A stretch of DNA of 64,000 nucleotides from Malacoraja senta (taxonomy: Eukaryota): assembly GCA_038087875.1 (NCBI GenBank), contig CM075987.1, positions 20,958,001 through 21,022,000 of the forward strand, in the 5' to 3' direction. The translations under genes were made by a program, and so were the position numbers. Below are positions 10,985 to 22,900 of this stretch, piece by piece. The notes beneath the pieces are model-generated. The model ran no database searches, was not told the origin of the DNA, and saw nothing but the letters and a program-made list of their open reading frames with translations. Position 1 is the first letter of the stretch. Every line of letters starts with the position of its first letter.

Positions 10985-13900
10985 TCAGAAAGAACTTCTG
11001 CAAAATAAAATCACCATGGGAATGCATAGGAAGTAAACTTTCCTCACTCTCCATAATTTCCCAACAACCTTTACTTTGAAATGTGTGATTTTACAGCTCA
11101 TCACAACTGCAATCTTCCAGGTTAATCTCAGAGTTTCCAGGAATTAAAGTTTGGGTCTCCAGGACATTTCAGCTCCTGGGAGTAAAATACGATTTTCATC
11201 AAAACAAAGAAAATAAGTCAATCTCAAGGCAATCGATTGTTTAAAAATAAATTAATCCAGGCAACGTCTGATCCATGTACCCCTGAGCAGACTGCAGCAG
11301 CTGCAAGCAGCATCGGTGAAAGGTACTAACAACATCTATAGGCCAGGCTGACCCTTGCATCACCAACCCTGTGCTGCTGCCAGAACTACAGGCCTTTAAG
11401 GCCAAGATAAGACTTGATGTGTCTAAGAACTCAATACTTGAAAGCTACCAGATGGTGCCGGTAACATAGAGGCTTTTTGTGTACTGCCTCAGAAAAAAAT
11501 CTACTAATTCTTACATTATAATCTTTGCACTCTTTAACTTACGCGTGATTCTGTATATGCTTGGTATGATTTTACTTGACTGTATGCAAAATAAAGCATT
11601 TTGCTGTATCTAGGTCTCTAGTAGGATCTGTTAAAGAATTAGATTTTTACAAACAGCATATCACATTTGTGCTGATTTCACAGCCAACCACAATCTCCAA
11701 GCTGTTGGTCTAGTCTCATAAAATTCTTCACCAGTGAGCTCTCCACATTATTTCACCACTGCCCTGGGGACTGAGCCGCACGCAATACACATCCACGCAC
11801 GCAATACACATCCACGTGGCAATCCCTTGAGTCTGGGTGACATTGAACAAAGATAAATGATTTGACTGTGGAAGGAAGCCCCAATGTCAATACGATGGTA
11901 ACAAAACACCTTTCTACTGCGGGGGATGAGGATCCGTGAATGGAAACTCCGGATACCAATTCACCTCCTTGTCCAAGCTACAGTGCATTGGTATCAATTA
12001 TTCCTTTTCCACTGTCCGACCCAGCTGACATTATTCATTGCACCCCTGCAGGTGAGGTATCCATGAACCATGTTGCTGTGTGTTACTGATCACTCAATGG
12101 ATAAATAACAGTGATGGGTGTGCGTGTGCTGCGTCAGGGGGACAGCACAATGTAACCAGCATGGAGTCAAGTGGTGGGGCAACTCCTTACCTGTCTGTCC
12201 CTCGGGGCAGCTGATACACACCACCTCTTTTGTCTCTTCTATCATGGCGCAGTTGGACTGATCAGGACACGGGCAAGGCTTGCAGTCGTTGTATCTGCCC
12301 CGAAATGGGTTTCCATAGTAACCATTCGCACACTGCTCACAGGAGGATCCATTGGTGTTGTGCATGCACAGGCATATGCCTACAAATCAAAAGACATCCA
12401 GCTCAGCGGGGAGAAGAACAAGGGAGATACAGCCCACACCCAAGCTCAGAACTTCGGAAGGAACAGGAGAGTCTGGCGAGCAAAACCTTTGGGAAAACGC
12501 AAATTCCCGACGGTAATCAATATTTATCAGTACATGACACATGGATAGCACCGGACCCATCTCAGTACATGTGTCACAATTTGTCGCAGGTGAAACAACG
12601 ATCAACCACACTTTGGGGGGGGGGGTGAGTGGGGAAGGGGGGGGGGGATAAAGTAGATCAATTAACCCCCAACTGACCCAAGGACCTCACTTACAATAAT
12701 CAGCTAAATAGCATACACATTTACCTGAGCAATAAACTTCTAATTGACCTCACCATCTCCTGCAGAGGAGCCATTAACCTCTTAATGGTCTCAGCAAGGC
12801 ATGGAAATGACCACTGGCAGCCTTAAAAGCCGACAGTAGTCGTCACCATAGTGGCAAAATAAAGTTTAATGCTTGGTACGACAAATGCCCAAGTATTATG
12901 AACACTCACGAGCTTTCCAAAGAAATATCCTTCCCCCTCCCCCACTTATTTTTTCAAACATACTTCCCACATTGTTATCAAGAACCTCCAAGTCTTATGC
13001 TTGGCTGAACTCCCCCATGGCTCTAGTTCTCTGATACAATGAGTGAGACCCATTCACTGTTGAAAGATGAAAGCTGTGGCCGGGGCCAGTAATTAAAGGC
13101 ACTCAATTTTAAATTGACATTTCGCAAAACTAAACATAGAAGAGTGAATGAAATAAGTGCTTCCATACACTGAATATGAAGGAGCCCTCGGGGTATCCGA
13201 GATTGGGGGAAATTGCTGACACTATAAAGAAGTGCAAAATAGTGTTAAACCTTTGATCACAGGCAGGCAGACAAAGTGAGCAATGTGGACCTGTGGAAAA
13301 GAACAAGCCAGGAGCCCATTGACTTACAAATGCGAAGGAGAAAATGGAATTGGATTGGACTCGCCCTCAGGAAACTTGTCACAAACATCACCCGGCAAGC
13401 TCTGAAATGGAACCCCCAGGGAAAAAGGAAAAGAGGTCGCCCCAGGAACAGCTGGAGAAGATAGGCTGTGGGCCGAGGAGCTTTTTCGTTCAAGTTCATG
13501 ACCCAACTCACGGAACTACCTGAATTTTTAACATATTGTGTAAAAATATTATATCAATCATACCTGAAACTCGTCAAGACCAAAACCTGCACATTTTTTA
13601 AAAATATGAGAAAAACTTTTAATTTTCCGAGTAGTAATTGTCCAATCAATGCACGTTTGACATTGAGGTCGGACGCAAATTGACCAATCCCACGCTTTGT
13701 TTTATGGTCGCTAGGCAGCGAGGACCCTGGGATCATGGCTGTCTCCTAATTACATCAACACAATAATAAGATTTCCAAGGAATAAAGGTAATGCTAACCT
13801 TGCTGATCATTTTGTTTTTCAATTGATTTATCTTTATAAAGTTATGATGTGAACTGTTAAATAAAAATGATAAATGTACAGCTAGGGTTAGAATTAGGAT

Positions 13901-16900
13901 TAGGGTCAGTCAGTAGGTCAGTCAGTCAGTCAGTCAGTCGGTTGGTCAGTTGGTTATTCAGTCAATCGGTCAGTTATTCGGTCGGTCGGTTGGTTATTCG
14001 GTCGGTCGGTCGGTTATTCGGTCGGTCGGTCGGTTATTCGGTCGGTCGGTCGGTTATTCGGTCGGTCGGTTGGTTATTCGGTCGGTCGGTTGGTTATTCG
14101 GTCGGTCGGTCACTTTTTCGATCTCATTTTCTAATTAGTTTAATTAATTAATGTGCAACTTTTGGCACTGACGAGTTATGACTTCCTTCTCAATTATATT
14201 TTATCTAAATCTGTGCAAAATCTCATGTAATTCCGAGACATGGGTCACAAAAGTTAAATTCTAGACATATTTTCGATGCTCAGCCCGCAGCCTAAGAGGT
14301 ATCCACACATAAATGTCTGAGAGTTAGCTCAACTGTGGAGAGCTCTGGAAAGAACTGACAACAACCGAGTGAGGTGGAGGACATTTGTCAATGGCCTATG
14401 CTCCCGAGAGGAGCAAAGGGCTTAAGAAGAAGAAGAAGAAGGAGGCAGACAGATGAAGCAAGTAATGGTGGCGATCCCGGCATATACTGATCAACATGAA
14501 CATAGAAAATGGGTTTATGGGTCAGCAAGCCCCTACTCCCCTTCCATAGACCACAAAATATGTCATACCGACCTCACTGATTTTCTTTTCCAAGCCTCTA
14601 TCCCTTCACATGCCTTTTCCCATCCAGTATTTTTTCCAGATCAGCAGAAGCATTGGGTCATGGAATTGATAACATGAGAATGTAGGAAAAATAGGAAAAA
14701 AGCTGCAATCCAATTCAACAAGATCAATGCCTGTTCCTGCCCTATTTTGATATCCCTTGATTTCTCCAAAGACCAGAAACACATGAATTTCTGATGTGAA
14801 GGTAATCAGTGACTTGTGCAGAGAATTCTGAACACAGCCCACCCTTTCTTTTGAAGATAGACACAAAAAGCTGGAGTAACTCAGCAGGACAGGCAGCATA
14901 TCTGGAGAGAAGGAATGGGCGATGTTTCGGGTCGAGACCCTTCTTCATGCTGCCTCACCCGCTGAGTTATTCCAGCATTTTGTGTCTACCTTCGATTTAA
15001 ACCAGCATCTGCAGTTCTTTCTTACACATTTTGTCCACCCTTTTCTTTATTTTACTGTGAGGCTGTGATCCCCAGTTGTAGACTCCTCGTCGAAACATCC
15101 TCCCTGCTTTCATCCTGTTGAATCATCGAGCCGTACAGCACAGAAACAGACCCTTCAGCCCAACATTCCACGCCAGCCCAATTCTACAGGGCTAGTACAT
15201 TTGCTTGCACTTCGCCCATAGCCCTCTAAAGTATTCTCTGAATTTTGTGCATTTCAGTGAGATCGACCCATTCTTCTAATCTGTAGAATCCAGGCCTTGT
15301 TAACTCAATAACTTTAGAAAAATCTACCATCTTGGGGACCAATTTGACGCATCTTTGCTGCTCTACTTCTGTAGCAAATGTATCTTTTTTTGGATAAGGA
15401 GACGGGAATTGCACACGATACTCCAGTGCGATCTCACCTGAGCCCTGTATAATGGTGGTAAGACATCTTTACTCTTGTACTCAAATCCTCTGGCAATAAA
15501 CAGCAACATACTATTAATCTTCCGAAATGCTACCTGCATCTGCTTGTTAGCTTTCATTGACACACAAGTTCCTGTGAATATCAATATTTCCTAATTTCTC
15601 ACTATTTAATAAATAGTATTTCTGTTTTTTGTACCAATGTAGATAACCTCACATTTTTCCACAATGTATTCCATTTGCTATGTTGTTGCCCCTGTACTCG
15701 ATGCCAAGGTTTAAAACGGGTTGCTGCACACATGGAGAGGCATGTTCAGGCATTTGTGGAGGCAATGCACAACAGATGTGTAAGATGCATTGATACATGA
15801 CATGTGCACCTAGTGTGGGCTACCCTCACGGAAAAGCAAATTAGTAGAGGAAGCATCAAACTAATGTTAGGCACTCAAACTACAAATGCAAGGACATTAA
15901 ATCAGCCATGGACCATCAATTCCTCTTTAGATCTCTATACCAAAAAGAAGAAAGCTATATTTCTGTGGAGTGTGCAGGTGAACATTTTGGATGTTGCTTC
16001 AAAAAACCTGCGGGGACGTGGACTTACCATCAGAGCCTGCGATCCCTTGCCTGCGGATTCCAACATCGAGGAGCTCGCAGTCTCGTATAGAGGCTGATGT
16101 CGGGAAGCTCCAGTCGCAGAAGGTTTCGACCAGCCCCAACCCGGGGTAGATCGCCCAGCGCGGGGGAGCTGAGATTCTCCCCCCCCCCCCCCTGATACAG
16201 GAGGTTGATCGCCCCGACACGGAGGGCCCGCCGGCGACTACGGGAGTTAAGATCGTCCCGTCAATGGAGGGCCCGAGGCCCCCGACCGCAGGAGAACAAA
16301 GAAGGGAAGAGATTGAACTTTATTTCGCCTTCCATCACAGTGAGGAATGTGGAGGAGTCACTGTGGTGGATGTTTATGTTAAAATGTATTTTGTGTGTTT
16401 TGTTGCTATTTATTGGTATGACTGTACGGCAAATCAAATTCCTCGTATGTTGCAAAACATATTTGGCTAATAAAGTGATTATGATTATCGAGTTGTTCAT
16501 TTGTGGTTTAAATTATAATAATTAAGAACTGGATGTATTGAGCATGTTAAAGTTGAAGAGAAAGACTAAGGCAAATTCCTAGCCTGCACCACTGGATGTA
16601 CTACACAGTCTCTGCCTCCAAAATCATTCCATACAAATCATCAACGTGACCATATATCACCTGGGGATGCATTTTAAGGTCAAAGTGTTCACAATTCAGA
16701 GAGTCTCTGATTGGGTTAAGGAAGGAAGATGACAGGGTATATATGAACTAAAATGTAAATTAATTTTGGAATCAGCAGAGAAGGTTTGAATTCCATGTTC
16801 TCTACATGACAGCATTTTCATGTGAGATTAGTGATGGCGTCAGTCACAATGTTAGGTGAAAAAGTTTTAAAAAGCCATATTTCTTTAACATCTGTACGTC

Positions 16901-19900
16901 CCGGCTGATGAAGTGTTTATCTGAGATGGAGCCACTGTCACAAAGTACGGAAACAATGTGCAGGTCCTCACCAAGTTAAGAATGCCTGATTTACTTGCCA
17001 CTCATACATACAAAAGAGCATTAAGGAGACAAGCGGGGTGGATGAAATGACTGCTGTGGGGCCATAGGCATCTGCCGCCATGTCGGATCTTAGTTTGCAA
17101 CAATATCTGAATGGTTGAGTTAAACGCCTCTGTTTAACCACATGTTGCTCTCATTTGGCCCATGTTTGTACTTAAATATATTGCTGGCTAGTCGACTAAA
17201 TTCTGTTTAGTTTACAAGCAGTTCTCAAGAACGGAACAAAGTCGTAACCTGGGGAGGAACTTAGTTGAGCTAAGAAAATCAACAACAATATATATTGTGG
17301 TGTTAGCTGATGGAGAAAGTTTGGCTGTGGTTGTGGAAAAAACTCCCCCGCTCTTGGTGCAGCTATTATGGGATGTTTTACATCTTTCCTAGGGGCTTTT
17401 GTTCAAGGTCTCATACAAATAAAAAACTATTCTTACAAATTTAGCATCCCTCCTCTTCTTCCTCAGCGCTGGCCTGCTCCATCCCAGTGCCTCAGGAAAA
17501 TTACCGTATAGTGCAAGGCAAATAGGTTACACTAGTATTTCCGATAATCTGATGGATTGTGATTTCTGAAGTTATATTTCTGTAATTCTAAAGAGGGCAG
17601 GAGAGAGACTGCAAGAGGGGTGAATTAGTATCTTTCTCTTCATTCTACCTTTTGTATGTGTTTGGCCTGTATGTATTCATATATAGTGTTATCTAATTTG
17701 ATTGGAGTGCGTGTAAACAGTAGACATGGCAATAAGCTTAAACCTAACTATAGGAATACATACAAAAAGCTGGAGCAACTCAGCGGGTCAGTCAGCAGCT
17801 CTGGAGAAAAGGAACAGCTGACGTTTCGGTTTGCGACCTTTCTTTCGACTGAGAGTCAGGCGAAAGGGAAGCAAGAGATACAGACGGTGATATAGAGAGA
17901 TACGGAGCAACTGAATGAAAGATATGCAAAAAAGTAATGATAATAAAGGCAACATGTAGTTGTGGCCTTGGTGAAAACGAGTTACAGACAATGAAACTCA
18001 ACAGGATAACAGTGAAACAGTATAACAGTACAACGACTAGGATGGGGGAGGGAAGGAGAGAGAGGCTATGCAAGGGTTACTTGAAGTAAGAGAAACCAAT
18101 ATTCATACCGCTGGGTTGTAAGCTGCCCAAGCGAAATATGTGGTGCTGTTCCTCCAACTTGTGTTTGGCCTCACTCTGACAGTGGAGTTGTACATAGTTG
18201 TGAGATACACACCTTTGTCAGGGTTGCAGGTTCCATGGTGGTTGCAGATGCAGGGGACGCAGGGAGCCAGTGGCCCTCCAAAGAGGATTTCCCGCTTGTA
18301 ATCGGGGGCACAGGACTCGCAAAACTGTCCGATATATCCTTCCGGGCAGAAGCACTCCTCCACCCACGCAGCAGGAGGTGAGAGGCCAGCTCGGGCTGTC
18401 ACCAAGGTAACCTCTCTCAGGTGAACTGTGGCAGAGAGCAGAAAGCAGAGATCAATCGGAGATACAGAAAGACAGAAGACAAGGACTTCCCGCCTCGGAT
18501 CTGAATTACCACGCACACCGAGCCTACTTGGCAACTGTTCAGGATTCACCCAGTCTCCAGCAATTCATGATAATGACTTGGTCTTTGGGGCTTGGTTCAT
18601 GCACAAGGGTGCAGACTTCATCTTGTACACACCCGTCCCACCTCACAGGCAAGGCCTCAGGGTGATCCTGGAAGACCACTTCCAGCTCCGTCATCATTGG
18701 CACTGACCCAAGGATAAACGTGTAAAATGCTAGAAACATTCAGCAGGTCAGGCCGGATCCATGGAGGCAGAAACATAATTGCTGTTTCAAACCAACATTT
18801 CATTGATCTGAAACAATTACAGGTTCTCTCTCCATGGATGCTGCCTGACTTGCCGAGTGCTCATTTTCATCATCTGCACTTTTTTGCTCCAAATGCTACC
18901 CACAACTATCCATTAAAGTTGTACACATCTCAGCATACACGCATGCACTCCATTCACACACACGGACTGACAGAACGCACTTTCCAGGATCTCATCCAGA
19001 GTTTTTCCAGTTGGGGTAGTATTGTGCAGAGATGTTGGGCTTGAAGATAATTTTTATTTTCTAGGTGTTTATGGTCAGGCTAATTAGTTCCCATGCTTCA
19101 GGGAATGAATTGAGGAGAAACTGGAGCTTAACATCTACCAATGTGCTCAGACGCACGCACCTCTGTACTGCAGCTCACTATCCAAGTGGGAGTGATATTG
19201 GCTCTGGAGTGGAGGCAGCAAGGATAGAATAGTTTCCTATTCCTCTGGTGGGTTAGCTGCACTCCGTCAGGAAGTCTGTTGGATGGATGAAGAGGAATCT
19301 GGAGTAATGGCAGATTCTTTCTTGACCCCAATTCACACAGAGATGGGAGTCTGTTGAAGGCCCTGTTGGTTGCAGAGTTGTGGCTTGCATGTCATCATGC
19401 GGCAGAGGCAGAATGGAGACAAGTTTCTGAAGCAGCCAAATTTGAGCATGATTTTCCAGTGTCCCGCTGGCCAACCATTGCACATGGCCTTTTCTAGCCA
19501 AGACGTGTCCATTTGTTACAGACACACACGTCGACATGAAAGCACACGTGCAAACAGCTGTTGAGGAGTTTATCATACAGACTGGGTCACAGGCAAGGTC
19601 ACTTACAGGAAGAAGCCCCGAAGCAGCCAAACCTCACAGCGGTGAGATTGGAGAGCAGCTGTTGAAACCGGGAACTGGATGGGGTTGGAGTGAAGGTGCT
19701 GTTCTCTGCTTCATGGAGTCTATTGGGAAAGAAGAACAGAAACAGTTACAAAGTTACAAAGCGATCAGCCCATACAGAATCATTCAAGCAATCCAGGGTT
19801 TTCATCTCAGCTCCATTCCCAAGTTCTCTCCATGTATTTATCACCACAGTGTAAAGATTCAATGCCGGCTTGGCCTGCTGTCCCCTCATCTTACTTTCTG

Positions 19901-22900
19901 AATGTATCTTCAAGTAATGTTCTCAATCTACCTAAACCATCTCATTCACTGTCCACAGCTCAGTAAACCACCTTCATCAAAATGACTGTGAATCTTGCAG
20001 GGATGATTTGACAAGATTGTATCACCAAGTATTCAGGACAGAATGGACAGGAATTATTTGCCACAGAAGGCTGTGGAGGCCATGTCAGTGGATATTTTTT
20101 CTAAGGCAGAGATAGATAGATTCTTGATTAGTACAGGTGTCAGAGGTTATGGGGAGATGGCAGGAGAATGGGATTAGCAGGGAGAGCTAGATTCAGACAT
20201 GATTGAATGGCAGAGTAAACTTGATGGGCCAAATGGCCTAATTCTACTCCTATCCCTTATGATCTTATACCTTAAGAAGTTGGATGGGGTGAGGAGAGGC
20301 CATTAGGGTTTCTGGCTTGATACGGATTATCAAGAGGTGAGGTCAAGTGCACAACATCTGACCTGAGGTCATCCCCTGTGGCTGAAGGTGAATTGTATAG
20401 TTTGAGAAGGGAAAATAAATTATTTGGGGAATCTGGGGAATATGGGGTTGTTTTACTTTAGACTTTAGCCCACTGAGTCTGCGCCGACCAGCAATCCCCG
20501 TACACTAGCACTATCCTACACACTAGGAACAATTTACAATTTTACCGAAGCCAATTTAAGCTAAAAACCTGAATGTCTTTGGATTGCGGGAGGAAACCGG
20601 AGTGCCTGGAGAAAACCCACGTGATTACAGGCAGAATCTACAAGCTCTGTACAGACAGCACCTGTAATCAGGTTCGAACCCGGGACTCTGGCTCTAAGGC
20701 CACAACTCTACCGCTGCGCCACTGTGCTGCCCCTGTTCAACAATACCAAGAGGAGGTTACGAGAAGTTTTGTTACAGGTTTTAAAAAATTGTATGTGGGT
20801 TGGAAAAAAGTTAATAGGAAAAAGAGTTTTCAAAACCAAGGGGCTTAGTAATCAGTAATTGGTTAAGGAACCAGGAGGGAGATGAAAAGATTTTTTTTTA
20901 AATCCAACTGAGTTGCTGAAACCTAGAATGCAATGTCTGATAGGGTGAAGCAAGCAGATTTAGCTGCAAATTTCTAAAGGGAAATAATAACATGTTTGAA
21001 AAGGAGAGATTTGTAGCACCAGGGGAAGGAACTGGGGCTAAGACTGGAATTGGACAGCTCTTTGCAAGACTGCTGCAGGCATGATGGACTGAATCATCTC
21101 AGCTAGGCTATTTCATTCTATAAATCCATAAATGGTATCAGCAAAAGTGCCCTATCCTACCACAAATTGAACTTGCAGTGAATCATTTGACAAAATCCCA
21201 CCGCCAGCTAAGCACTCCAATAGACGTGAAGATCATTGAATTAATTTTCTTCTGAGGATAAATTGCAGACCCGCTGATTGGGAAATTAAACTATTCGACT
21301 GGTGACTCACATGAAGGTGACTTCCCACTGCCGAGCTAATGCTTCCTTCTGCACCACTGCAGGAAGGGAGGTCGATGCTTGGCTTCCGGAACCTTCCAGA
21401 ATCAGGCTGAAGGACTGTACTTCGTCACTTTCCACATCAAGAATGAAGGTGAGATTCTGCCCGTAGCTGAGGAGCTGGTTACCCCGGAACTTCACTGAAA
21501 TGAAAGGGGATCATTCAGATCAGAATGTGTGGATTAATGAGTCTTGAGTCAAGGCCGAATCCACAGTGCGCACTTCCTCTGAACAGCTCTCTGCAGCAAG
21601 AGTCAAGAGTGTTTTATGTCCCAGATAGGACTCAGGGGTTGACATACAGTATATAAATGCGTTGTTATATTGGCTTAAATATGACCTTCACAGAACTGCA
21701 AGAAAATTCACCTCACAAGAATTTGTAAATACAGAAATAAAATGAAAATGAAAACGAATTACTCGATTCTGAGGCCTGGCTTCTAAGGGGATTTATGAAG
21801 AGCCTTTACTCTAAAGATCAATTTTCCTGTACCACAGCAAGTTGTCTTCAATCAAACCAACAGTCATGCGCTGGAAGACCTGAGCCTTGCTCACTAGGGG
21901 ACCGTACATCATAGAAATGCTCATCTCTGCTGGATATTAATGAGCACCACGGCAGTAGGTGATCAAGCAGCTGCAGAACGTATACTGAGCACTGCAAATT
22001 CAGAACGTGACTGCCTTTGCACAATTTTCTGCATTCTTACCTGGAGCAATGAAATATTCCCATTTCCCAATCTCTGGGAACAGACTGATCCGATTCTTCT
22101 CCCATTCCACTGGAGATTCCCTGCCATCCATTCTCTGTCTTTGCCAATCATCTGAGTCTACAGAAATATGAATACACAGTTAAGCATTTTATCTGGGCCT
22201 GTGTCCATTTGTGTTTAATTTTGTGAGAGATGGTTTGGATTAATCAAACACATTTCAATACAAATTAAAAAAAAAAAAATGCTGCAAACACTCAGCAGGT
22301 CAAGCAGCATCTGTGGAAAGGGAAACATGTGAACGTTTCATCGGAACACAAACTGCAAAGGGTCTTCCATGTTAAATATTAACACTGTTTCTCTTTGCAC
22401 AGATTCCGCCTGACCTGCAGAGTGATTCCAATGTGTTCTGTTTTTATTTCATATTTCCAGCATCTGCGGTTCTTTGATGTTCAGAATTCAACGTATCTCC
22501 AGCTGGTGGTCTTGGCTGCCCTCAAATCCCACAGGAGTCATCTGCGACTATTGACAGTAATCTGGCCTTGGGGTCTGAAGGTCATATTCAAGTCTCTTTG
22601 TGAAGGGCTATCTAGAATACCCTGCCGGCACTTCGAGCTCTGAAGAAATACATTACTTTTGGACTGATGCTGAAGCAAGGTCAGAGGGCAGAGTGTTACC
22701 AACTGAGTCACGACCGCTGTCTTATAGGAGAGCATAGCCTGGACATGGAACATTGGGATACCTTGTTGGAAGGTCGACGCAACACGATGCTCACTGAACT
22801 GCAAGGCCGAGGTACAAGCCACCGAGTGTCCGTAGCAGAAGCAATTGATGCAGCCGTGTGGGTTGTGAGGTCGGAGGTTAAAGGTTCCTGACTTGCAGCT

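Larger units (their letters stand above)
13258..14440 (+). mobile_element. RTE-clade LINE 3' fragment interrupted by a DNA element at 13462-14294
   Basis: N.DLWKRT.QEPI....[12 protein letters not shown]...[25 protein letters not shown], resuming after 14294 with [19 protein letters not shown]; (GAA)n tail at 14424-14440. Confidence 0.82.
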
